From Anaerolineae bacterium (GTDB taxonomy: Bacteria > Chloroflexota > Anaerolineae > B4-G1 > DUEL01): 64,000 bases of DNA. The notes below the pieces were generated by a model. That model saw only the letters and a program-made list of their open reading frames with translations, had not been told where the DNA came from and searched no databases. A program made the translations under genes and the position numbers. Positions 49,081 through 56,903 of the stretch are shown one piece after another. The stretch lies in NCBI GenBank assembly GCA_041082215.1, contig JBDOIF010000154.1, positions 1-64,000 on the forward strand, written 5' to 3'. Position 1 is the stretch's first letter. Each line of letters opens with the position of its first letter.

Positions 49081-50421
49081 ATGGCCAAACGGGTAATCAT
49101 CATGGGTGCCGCAGGACGTGACTTCCACAACTTCAACGTCTATTTCCGCAACAACCCGGAGTATCAGGTCGTCGCCTTCACCGCCACGCAGATCCCCAAT
49201 ATCGAAGACCGCCGGTATCCCCCAGAGCTGGCCGGTGACCTCTACCCGGAGGGAATTCCGATCCATCCGGAGGAGAGGCTGAGTGAGCTGATCCACCAGC
49301 ATCAGGTTGACCAGGTGGTTTTTTCCTACTCCGACGTCTCTCACGAGTACGTGATGCACCGGGCCTCCCAGGCGCTGGCAGCCGGGGCGGACTTTCGATT
49401 GATGGGCGCCCGCTCGACGATGCTCGAAAGCCGGAAGCCCGTGGTGGCGGTCTGCGCCGTCCGCACCGGCTCCGGTAAGAGCCAGACCACCCGCCACGTC
49501 TGCGGTCTGCTGCAGGAAATGGGCAAAAAGGTGGTGGTGGTCCGCCACCCCATGCCCTACGGCGACCTGGTCGCCCAGACAGTGCAGCGGTTCGCCACCT
49601 ATGAGGACCTGGACCGGCATCGGTGCACCATCGAGGAGCGGGAGGAGTATGAGCCCCATATTGACCGCGGTGTGGTGGTCTATGCGGGGGTGGACTATGA
49701 GCGCATCCTCCGCCGGGCCGAAGAGGAAGCGGATGTGGTGGTGTGGGACGGCGGGAACAACGATCTCCCCTTTTTCCGGCCCGATCTCCATATCGTGGTC
49801 GCCGACCCTCATCGGCCTGGCCACGAGCTACGCTACCACCCGGGCGAGGCCAACCTCCGTATGGCCGATGTGGTGGTGATCAACAAGATTGATACCGCCG
49901 CACCTGAGGGGATCGCCCAGGTGCGGGAGAATGTCTATGCTGTTAACCCCCGGGCAATCGTGGTGGAGGCCGCCTCCCCCATCTTCGTCGAGGAGCCGGC
50001 AGTGATCCGGGGAAAGCGGGTGCTGGTGGTTGAGGACGGGCCAACGCTGACCCACGGGGAGATGGCCTACGGGGCCGGAGTGGTGGCCGCCCGACGGTTC
50101 GGCGCTGCCGCACTGGTGGACCCCCGCCCCTACGCTGTGGGTTCCATCCGCCAGACCTTTGAGAAATATCCCCATATGGGCCCGCTGTTGCCAGCGATGG
50201 GGTACGGCCAGGAGCAGACGCAGGAGCTGGAGGAGACCATCAACCAGGCCGAATGTGACCTGGTCCTGGTAGCCACCCCTATTGACCTGCGGCGAGTGAT
50301 CAACGTCCGCCATCCGATGGATCGGGTGCGGTATGAGCTGCAGGTGGTGGGCCAGCCGACGCTGCGGGAGATCCTGGCCGGGCGGTTCGGCCAAGAGCAG
50401 GGGAGTACGCGCTTGCGGTAG
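49081..50421 (+). CDS. P-loop ligase of the cyclic 2,3-diphosphoglycerate synthetase / arginine synthetase (ArcE) family
   Basis: IMGAAGRDFHNFN, AVRTGSGKSQT, RHPMPYG, TIEEREEYEPHI, WDGGNND, EDGPTLTHG, LPAMGY. Confidence 0.8.
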   Translation: MAKRVIIMGAAGRDFHNFNVYFRNNPEYQVVAFTATQIPNIEDRRYPPELAGDLYPEGIPIHPEERLSELIHQHQVDQVVFSYSDVSHEYVMHRASQALAAGADFRLMGARSTMLESRKPVVAVCAVRTGSGKSQTTRHVCGLLQEMGKKVVVVRHPMPYGDLVAQTVQRFATYEDLDRHRCTIEEREEYEPHIDRGVVVYAGVDYERILRRAEEEADVVVWDGGNNDLPFFRPDLHIVVADPHRPGHELRYHPGEANLRMADVVVINKIDTAAPEGIAQVRENVYAVNPRAIVVEAASPIFVEEPAVIRGKRVLVVEDGPTLTHGEMAYGAGVVAARRFGAAALVDPRPYAVGSIRQTFEKYPHMGPLLPAMGYGQEQTQELEETINQAECDLVLVATPIDLRRVINVRHPMDRVRYELQVVGQPTLREILAGRFGQEQGSTRLR

Positions 50422-50527
50422 AGAAGAACCACGGAGGCGCGGAGGATACAGAGGAGACTGAGAAAACGTGGAAGATTCCGTGTCCTCCGCGTCTCTGTGA
50501 TGAGTGTATCCTGCGCCGGAGGGACGG

Positions 50528-51853
50528 ATGCGCACGCTGATCCGCGATGTGACCATTATCCCTCTGGATGAGGGGGACCACCTCATCCGCGATGCGGAGA
50601 TCGCCATCGAGGGCAAGTATATCGTAGCTGTGGGGCAGGCCCCGCCTGGCTTTGAGCCCGATGAGGTGATCAATGGCCAGGAGATGGTCGCTCTTCCCGC
50701 CTTCTTTAACGCCCACACCCACGCGGCGATGACTCTGGAGCGGGGTTGGGCAGAGGACCTCCCTTTCGACCGGTGGCTGAACGAGAAGATCTGGGTGGCG
50801 GAGTCGGCCCTGGAAGCAGAGGATGTCTACTGGGGCGCGGCGCTGGCCTGCTGTGAGATGATCCGCTCCGGCACCGTCGGCTTCGCCGATCACTACTTCT
50901 GGATGGACCGGGTAGCCCAGGCGGTGGAGGAGGCGGGGATGAAGGCCTCGCTGGCCTGGTGTCAGTTCGGCATCGGCGCCGAGCACGAGGTGGGCGGGGC
51001 CGTACTGGAGGATACCCTGGCTTTCGTCCGGCGATGGCACGGTGCGGCGGGAGGCCGCATCCGCTGTATGCTGGGTCCCCATTCCCCCTATATGTGCCCG
51101 CCGGATTTCCTGCGGCGGGTGGCCGAAGAGGCGGCGAGGCTGGATGTGGGGGTCCACCTCCACGTGGCCGAATCGGAGGAGCAGGTGCAGGGCTCCCTCA
51201 AGGCCCACGGGCGAACCCCTGTGGCCCACCTGGCCAGCCTGGGCATCTTCGACCGCCCCACTCTTGCCGCCCACTGTATCGTGGTGAACGAGGAAGACCT
51301 GTCCATCCTGGCCGGGAAGGGGGTCTGTGTGGCCCATACCCCCAAGACCTATATGAAGCTGGCGATGGGGATGGCCCCGCTGGACCGGTTCCTGGCGGCC
51401 GGGGTGCAGGTGGGGTTAGGGACAGACGGCCCGGCCTCCAATAATGACCTGAATATGCTGGAGGTACTGCGGCTTGCGGGGCTGGTGCACAAAAACCGGG
51501 TGGTGGACCCGGCGGCATTCCCTCACAGTCTATTGCTCCGGCTGGCAACGCAGGGTTCTGCCCGCGCTCTGGGCTTTGTCGAGAGCGGGGTTCTGCGGGC
51601 CGGCGCTCCTGCCGACCTGATCCTCTTCGACAGCCAGCGCGCCCACTGGACCCCCCGCCACGATCTGGCAGCGAACGTGGTCTACGCCAGCCATCCGGCC
51701 GATGTCCGCTACGTCTTCTGCGACGGGCGGCTCCTCCTGCGGGATGGGGAGCTGACCACGCTGGACGAGGAGCGCATCCGATACGAAGCAGAACGGCGGG
51801 CCTTTCGGATGGTCGGCCAGCCGATGCGGCAGGTACGGGAATATCGGGGTTAG
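50528..51853 (+). CDS. Amidohydrolase, 5'-methylthioadenosine/S-adenosylhomocysteine deaminase-like
   Basis: NAHTH, PHSPY, HVAE, AHC, GTDGPASNNDL. Confidence 0.85.
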   Translation: MRTLIRDVTIIPLDEGDHLIRDAEIAIEGKYIVAVGQAPPGFEPDEVINGQEMVALPAFFNAHTHAAMTLERGWAEDLPFDRWLNEKIWVAESALEAEDVYWGAALACCEMIRSGTVGFADHYFWMDRVAQAVEEAGMKASLAWCQFGIGAEHEVGGAVLEDTLAFVRRWHGAAGGRIRCMLGPHSPYMCPPDFLRRVAEEAARLDVGVHLHVAESEEQVQGSLKAHGRTPVAHLASLGIFDRPTLAAHCIVVNEEDLSILAGKGVCVAHTPKTYMKLAMGMAPLDRFLAAGVQVGLGTDGPASNNDLNMLEVLRLAGLVHKNRVVDPAAFPHSLLLRLATQGSARALGFVESGVLRAGAPADLILFDSQRAHWTPRHDLAANVVYASHPADVRYVFCDGRLLLRDGELTTLDEERIRYEAERRAFRMVGQPMRQVREYRG

Positions 51854-51952
51854 TAGGGGCGCACCGCATTGCGCCCCTGCGGGCGCATCGCATTGCGCTC
51901 CTGCGGGCGCACCGCACTGCGCCCCTGCGGGCGCATCGCATTGCGCCCCTAC
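51853..51952. repeat. Four tandem 24-nt REP palindromes (GTAG...CTAC) between convergent genes
   Basis: GGGCGCA(C/T)CGCA(T/C)TGCGC(C/T)C four times, bounded by GTAG and CTAC. Confidence 0.9.
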
Positions 51953-52656
51953 GGCGCCGTCACCACCAGGTTGTCGAAGTGGACCTCGGAGGAGTCCGCC
52001 TCGAAGGAGGTCGCTGTGAGGGCAATATCCCCCTGCGCGTAGGTTGTGTCCTGCGCCTCCGCCAATAGCTCCCCGTTGGCATACAGCGCCAGGTAGCTCC
52101 CGTCACACACCACCCGAATGTGGTTGGTCGCGTTCCCCTGCCGGATCACCGACGAGCTGGTCCAGTCCACCAGCGGCTCGAAATGTCCGTCCGCCGTCCG
52201 ATGGATGGCGTAGTACCCGTCCCCACTGATCCGCAGCACGTACCCGTCGTCGTCCTCCTGCACCCGGCACATCACCCCGTAGGCGTTGTTGTTGTTCGAC
52301 GGGGCGGAGACCTGAGTGGCGTCCACCTCGATGACGACATCGGTGAAGTTCCGGTAGGCCAGCCCCCACATCATATTGGAGTCCCCGTAGGAGACGACGG
52401 AGTAGGTCCCCTGGGCGTACCCCACGCTGCCGGTGTCGTAGTTGCCCACCTCCCAGCCGGAGTTGGGGTCGTCGAAGTTGTCCTGAAAGAGGACCTGACC
52501 GGCAGAGGGGGGTTGCTGTCCGCCGGTTGGCGGTTGGGTGGGGCCGGATACCGGGGGCGGTTCGGGCGTCCTGGTGCCCGTGAGCGCAGAGCAGGAGAGC
52601 GTCGCCAGTGCCAGCAGCGCGCCGGCTATCAACAGGGTCCTTTTTCTTGCTTTCAT
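51949..52656 (-). CDS. Lipoprotein with a concanavalin/DUF1080-like beta-sandwich
   Basis: Lipobox TLSC, Pro-rich linker, LFQDNFDD...GW, N.I.V.C.G, V.FDNL.V. Confidence 0.75.
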   Translation of the reverse strand: MKARKRTLLIAGALLALATLSCSALTGTRTPEPPPVSGPTQPPTGGQQPPSAGQVLFQDNFDDPNSGWEVGNYDTGSVGYAQGTYSVVSYGDSNMMWGLAYRNFTDVVIEVDATQVSAPSNNNNAYGVMCRVQEDDDGYVLRISGDGYYAIHRTADGHFEPLVDWTSSSVIRQGNATNHIRVVCDGSYLALYANGELLAEAQDTTYAQGDIALTATSFEADSSEVHFDNLVVTAP

Positions 52657-52683
52657 GGTTCTCCTCCTTAAAGTCCCACCACA

Positions 52684-52740
52684 GTTGTAGGACAGCCTTT
52701 CCAGGCTGTCCGGGCAGGCTGAAGAGGCCTGCCATACAAC
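52684..52740. repeat. REP pair (GTAGGACAGCC type)
   Basis: GTTGTA GGACAGCCTTTCCAGGCTGTCC..GGCAGGC..GCCTGCC ATACAAC; related to 56774-56826. Confidence 0.7.
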
Positions 52741-52746
52741 ATTTCT

Positions 52747-54504
52747 CTAAGCCAGCTCTTCTTCTATGACAGAAAGTTCCAGTTTCTCGAAAAGTGGCTG
52801 GGGCTGCTGCAGTGGCTGACCGGCGACCAGCTCGCTGGAAGTCCAGCGCCCGATTGCCCCCGAGGGATCGTAGCAGAGGGCCTGGTGGCTCCGGCTTTCT
52901 TCGTGGAAGGTAGCGACATATTGGCGGCCGAACAGGGAGCCGTCATAGCCCAGGTAGCGGTGCAGGGCTTCGGAGGAGAAGGGGAGGAAGGGGGCGAAAA
53001 GGGTCTTGAGGGAGTCAATTGCCCGCAGCGCAACGTAGACCGTCGTAGCCGCCGCTGCCCGGTCTTCTTTGATCTGGAACCAGGGTCCCTTTTCCTCCAG
53101 ATACTTATTGACCTCGCGGGCCAGCGACAGCACCTCTCCCAGAGCTGCGCGGAACTTGCAGCCAGCGAGGAGGCGGCCGATGGGGCCGAAGGCGACATCT
53201 ATACGGGCCAGCAGCCCCACATCGGCCCGGTCCATCAGGCCGGGAGTCGGCACCCGTCCGTCGAAATGCTTGTAGGCGAAGGTGAGCACCCGGTGGCAGA
53301 GGTTCCCCCAGGTGGCGACCAGCTCATCGTTGTTGCGGCGCACGAACTCCGCCCAGCTGAAATCGGTGTCCCGCGTCTCCGGCATCACCGAGGCGACGTA
53401 ATAGCGCAGGGGGTCCGGGGCGAAGCGGGCCAGATAATCCGGCAGCCAGATCGCCAGCCCCCGGCTTTTGGAGAACTGCTGCCCCTCGATGTTCATGAAT
53501 TCGTTGGCCGGCACGTCGTAGGGGAGATTCAGCCTTCTGTTGGGGTCATCCTCATACAGCCGTTCCACCCCGATCAGCTCGGCCGGCCAGATGACGGAAT
53601 GGAAGGGAATATTGTCCTTGCCGATGAAATAATAACTGCGGGCGGCAGGGTTGTACCACCATTCCTTCCAGGCTTCCGGCCGGCCGACGTTACAGGCCCA
53701 CTCGATGCTGGCGGAAAGATAGCCGATGACCGCCTCGAACCAGACGTAGAGCCGTTTATCGGAGAAGCCCTCCAGAGGGACAGGGATGCCCCACTCGATA
53801 TCACGGGTGATAGGCCGGCCCTGGAGCCCGCCAGCCACGTAGTTGCGGGAGAAGTTGATGACGTTGGGTCGCCAGTGGTCCTTGTCTTCGGCCAGGTAGG
53901 CGGCGATTTGATCCTCAAGGGCAGGCAGGTCGAGGAAGAAATGCTCCGTTTCCCGTACTACGGGGACGGTGCCGTCAATTTTGCTGCGCGGATTGATCAG
54001 CTCCAGCGCGTCCAGAAGCGCGCCGCAGTTGTCGCACTGATCCCCCCGGGCTTCCTGATAGCCGCAGTGGGGGCAGGTCCCTTCGACATACCGATCCGGC
54101 AGAAAGCGGCCTTCCCTTTCGGAATAGAGCTGTCGCTGCTTCTGACGGTAGAGGTAGCCGTGCTCTAGGAGCCGCAGGAACATATCCTGGGCCACCCGGT
54201 AATGGTTTTCCGTGTCGGTATGGGTGAAGAGGTCGTAGCTGATGCCGATCTGCTGCTGGGTTTCCAGGAAGCGGGCGTGGAAGTGTTCGAAGACCTCCCG
54301 GGGGGTCATTCCCTCCCGATCGGCGTAGATGGTGATTGGGGTGCCGTGCGAGTCGGAGCCGGAGACCATTAAGACGTCGTTGCCGGCGAGTCGGTGGTAG
54401 CGGGCGAAGATGTCGGCGGGGAGATAGGCGCCCGCCAGATGCCCCACGTGCAGATCGCCGTTGGCGTAGGGCCAGGCGACACAGACCAGTATCTTTTCCG
54501 ACAT
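52747..54504 (-). CDS. metG: Methionyl-tRNA synthetase (no C-terminal dimerisation domain)
   Basis: AWPYANG.LHVGH, CPHC..RGDQCDNC, YVWFEA, IGKDNI.FH, QFSKS; ATG 54504 after AAGGAGG. Confidence 0.96.
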   Translation of the reverse strand: MSEKILVCVAWPYANGDLHVGHLAGAYLPADIFARYHRLAGNDVLMVSGSDSHGTPITIYADREGMTPREVFEHFHARFLETQQQIGISYDLFTHTDTENHYRVAQDMFLRLLEHGYLYRQKQRQLYSEREGRFLPDRYVEGTCPHCGYQEARGDQCDNCGALLDALELINPRSKIDGTVPVVRETEHFFLDLPALEDQIAAYLAEDKDHWRPNVINFSRNYVAGGLQGRPITRDIEWGIPVPLEGFSDKRLYVWFEAVIGYLSASIEWACNVGRPEAWKEWWYNPAARSYYFIGKDNIPFHSVIWPAELIGVERLYEDDPNRRLNLPYDVPANEFMNIEGQQFSKSRGLAIWLPDYLARFAPDPLRYYVASVMPETRDTDFSWAEFVRRNNDELVATWGNLCHRVLTFAYKHFDGRVPTPGLMDRADVGLLARIDVAFGPIGRLLAGCKFRAALGEVLSLAREVNKYLEEKGPWFQIKEDRAAAATTVYVALRAIDSLKTLFAPFLPFSSEALHRYLGYDGSLFGRQYVATFHEESRSHQALCYDPSGAIGRWTSSELVAGQPLQQPQPLFEKLELSVIEEELA

Positions 54505-54546
54505 AGCCTCCTCCTTACAAAGTCTCATTGTATCACAGGCTGATGG

Positions 54547-54577
54547 AAAAGAAAACCGCCAGCGGGGGCTGGCGGTT
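54547..54577 (-). terminator. Intrinsic terminator between rpoD and metG (candidate attenuator)
   Basis: AACCGCCAGC-CCCC-GCTGGCGGTT followed by TTCTTTT. Confidence 0.85.
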
Positions 54578-54610
54578 GAGGCCGTGGGTCCAGCAGCGGG
54601 ACCGTTGCGG

Positions 54611-54679
54611 TCAGAGCGCCTCCTCCTCCGACCGCCGCGGCAGGCAACGCATCATCATGGGGATTGGCCAGGTCAGCAT
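54611..54679 (-). CDS. Putative metG leader peptide MLTWPIPMMMRCLPRRSEEEAL
   Basis: 22-codon ORF starting 1 nt after the rpoD TAA; ATG ATG ATG at codons 8-10; overlaps an antiterminator segment. Confidence 0.65.
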   Translation of the reverse strand: MLTWPIPMMMRCLPRRSEEEAL

Positions 54680-54680
54680 A

Positions 54681-55823
54681 TTAGCTCAGGTAATCCCGTA
54701 ACTGACGGCTTCGCCGTGGATGGCGCAGCCGTCGCAGTGCCTTCCCTTCGATCTGACGGATCCGTTCCCGGGTGAGGCCGAACTTCTGGCCCACCTCTTC
54801 CAGCGTATAGCTCCGGCCCGTGCCCAGCCCGAAGCGGAGGCGGAGGATCCGCGCCTCCCGGGGGCTGAGGGTGGAGAGGATTTCCTCGATCTTCTCTGCC
54901 AGCAGGCTTTGATAGGTGCTCTGGGCTGGAGTAGGAGTGGTCTCGTCTTCGATGAAGGAGCCGAGCTCGCTATCTTCTTCCTCTCCCACCGGATGTTCGA
55001 GGCTCAGGGGCCGCCAGGAGACCCGCAGCATCCATTGTACCTTGCGCGGCTCCATTTCCATTTCGGCTGCGATCTCTTCGGGGGTTGGCACACGGCCCTG
55101 TTCCTGTTCCAGTTGGCGGGCCGTCTTGTACAGCCGACGGATGCGGTCGGACATATGGACCGGGACCCGGATGGTGCGGCCCTGGTCGGCGATGGCCCGG
55201 GTGATCGTCTGGCGGATCCACCAGGTGGCGTAAGTGCTGAATCGGTAACCCCGGTGGTAATCGAACTTTTCCACCGCCTTCATCAGACCCAGGTTCCCCT
55301 CCTGGATCAGGTCGAGGAAGGGAACCCCACGGCCCATATATTTCTTGGCGATGCTGACGACCAGGCGGGTATTGGCTTTGATCAGGTGCTCACGGGCAGC
55401 CCGGCCCTGTTCGATGAGGGCTTCCAGGCGGGCTCGCTCTACCGGATCGGTTCCGTCGTCGGCCAGCAGCCGCTGGGCTTCCTGTCCCAGTTCTACCATG
55501 CGGGCCAGGCGCACCTCCTCTTCGGTGGAGAGCAGGGGGACCCGCGCCATTTCTTTCAGATAGAGGCCCACCGCATCGTCTACTGAAACCTCGTCCAGGT
55601 CGTAGAGGTCCTCATCCAGCGCCTCCTCTTCGTCCAGCAGCTCTATCGGCTCTTCCTCCGGCTGCTGGTCCTGGACCTCGATACCCACTTCGTTCAGCCA
55701 GATATAGATTTCTTCCAGTTGATCCAGGGAGTCTTCCACCTCCGGCAGCACATCCAGAATGTCATCGGTTGTCAGATACCCTTGGATTTCCGCCCTTTCC
55801 AGGAGCTCGTCGAGTACACTCAT
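54681..55823 (-). CDS. rpoD: RNA polymerase sigma70 factor, RpoD/SigA type
   Basis: Region 1.1-like N-terminus, [30 protein letters not shown]. Confidence 0.9.
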   Translation of the reverse strand: MSVLDELLERAEIQGYLTTDDILDVLPEVEDSLDQLEEIYIWLNEVGIEVQDQQPEEEPIELLDEEEALDEDLYDLDEVSVDDAVGLYLKEMARVPLLSTEEEVRLARMVELGQEAQRLLADDGTDPVERARLEALIEQGRAAREHLIKANTRLVVSIAKKYMGRGVPFLDLIQEGNLGLMKAVEKFDYHRGYRFSTYATWWIRQTITRAIADQGRTIRVPVHMSDRIRRLYKTARQLEQEQGRVPTPEEIAAEMEMEPRKVQWMLRVSWRPLSLEHPVGEEEDSELGSFIEDETTPTPAQSTYQSLLAEKIEEILSTLSPREARILRLRFGLGTGRSYTLEEVGQKFGLTRERIRQIEGKALRRLRHPRRSRQLRDYLS

Positions 55824-55830
55824 AGGCCTC

Positions 55831-56334
55831 CTACCTGCTCCCCTCTTTATTGAAAAGCTCCGCCAGCACCGCCAGCCGAGGGTCTACGCGCTCTTCGTGA
55901 CAGCCGCATGGTTCCAGGTTCAGATTGGCGCCACACTCCGGGCAGATGCCCCGGCAGTCCGGGCGACAGAGCGGCTTCATAGGCAGCTCCACCCAGACCT
56001 GCTCGCGCAGCAGGGGAAGGGGGTCGAACCAACCCTCGTCGGTGAGCCTGTAGGTGATGCCAGGACGGGGGCGGCCAGCGAAGCCGATGATCTCCTCGAC
56101 CTCAAAAGTGGTGGTGTAAGGGAAACGGACCAGACAGCGGATACACTCGACCTCGACCTGGGTGTCGATCCTCCCCTCTACCAGAATACCACCCTGAATG
56201 CGAGTGAACTGCATCGGGCCACGGAGGAAGGCTACGCGGATATCGTCCAGCCACTGGGGACCTTCGTCCAGGGAGAACGTGAGGCGCTCACCCGGCCTCG
56301 CGCCGATCAATGGAGAGAGGTCAATTTGCAACAT
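55831..56334 (-). CDS. DUF177/YceD family protein
   Basis: [29 protein letters not shown]...C.C, DPRL..L. Confidence 0.92.
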   Translation of the reverse strand: MLQIDLSPLIGARPGERLTFSLDEGPQWLDDIRVAFLRGPMQFTRIQGGILVEGRIDTQVEVECIRCLVRFPYTTTFEVEEIIGFAGRPRPGITYRLTDEGWFDPLPLLREQVWVELPMKPLCRPDCRGICPECGANLNLEPCGCHEERVDPRLAVLAELFNKEGSR

Positions 56335-56417
56335 AACGTCATATAGTAAAGAAGCCTGGCAGAGCCGCCCGGCTTATCCGAGAGCGAACTGCTTCGGCTT
56401 TTCTCTTGTTTGTGCTT

Positions 56418-56446
56418 ATTATAGCAGAAATATAGGCCTTCGTCAA
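56418..56446 (-). promoter_or_regulatory. Sigma70 promoter of DUF177-rpoD(-leader-metG)
   Basis: TTGACG-17 nt-TATAAT. Confidence 0.8.
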
Positions 56447-56616
56447 GGTTTTTTTGACCGGGGAGTCTGTAACAGTTTGGCAGGTAAGCAACAAAGTGAT
56501 CGCCAGTGTTCGCAAACGGAGGGTATAGAGGCGCAGAGAATCCTCAGCGTTCTCAGCGGAGCAGAATGTTGGCGCTGTAAGCTGAATCGGGTATAATCAA
56601 AATCAGCAGAGCAATT

Positions 56617-56862
56617 AGCCTCCAGCGCAGGCAGTTACCACATCTTCCAGAAAACTGAAATGCACCGGTGAAGGGAAGCACGGCGATCGCACAGCCTCCT
56701 CAGCCAATCCTGCCCGGTAGCATAGCAACTTAACAGGACCTTATGCGCCTGCCCTCTCTGGAAACGGGCGATTTGTGTGGGACGGCCTTTCCGGGCTGTC
56801 CAACAGTCTGGACGGCCTGTCCTGCATGGTTGTTGATCCTGGCTGTTGACGGCCGGGCGGCT
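56617..56862 (+). ncRNA. ssrS: Probable 6S RNA; 3' end uncertain (56796 or 56862)
   Basis: TATAAT at 56592-56597; non-coding rod-like pairings (AGCC/GGCT, GGCAGTT/GACGGCC, TTCCAGA/TCTGGAA, TGCACCGG/CCGGTAGCA). GGCAGTTACC and GGGAAGCACGG..TCGCAC resemble my recollection of cyanobacterial 6S RNA; not verified by search. Confidence 0.5.
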
Positions 56863-56868
56863 GCCGCA

Positions 56869-56897
56869 TTGACAGAATCCCCAGGCCGGGGTACCAT
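56869..56897 (+). promoter_or_regulatory. Sigma70 promoter positioned for a leaderless thiI mRNA
   Basis: TTGACA-17 nt-TACCAT, with the GTG start 7 nt downstream and no SD. Confidence 0.65.
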
Positions 56898-56903
56898 AAC
56901 GGC

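Noticed and set aside
51853..51952. Possible CRISPR array
   Set aside because: Units are contiguous palindromes with no unique spacers, and there are no cas genes in the window; it is REP-like.
54505..54680. T-box or SAM riboswitch upstream of metG
   Set aside because: No T-box UGGNACC bulge or SAM-I AUC..GAU core was found, and the space is too short for a T-box stem I.
56660..56700. GGTGAAGGGAAGCAC as a cobalamin riboswitch or SRP RNA
   Set aside because: Lacks the B12-box and the SRP helix-8 AGG/AGCA stem; 6S-like pairing fits better.
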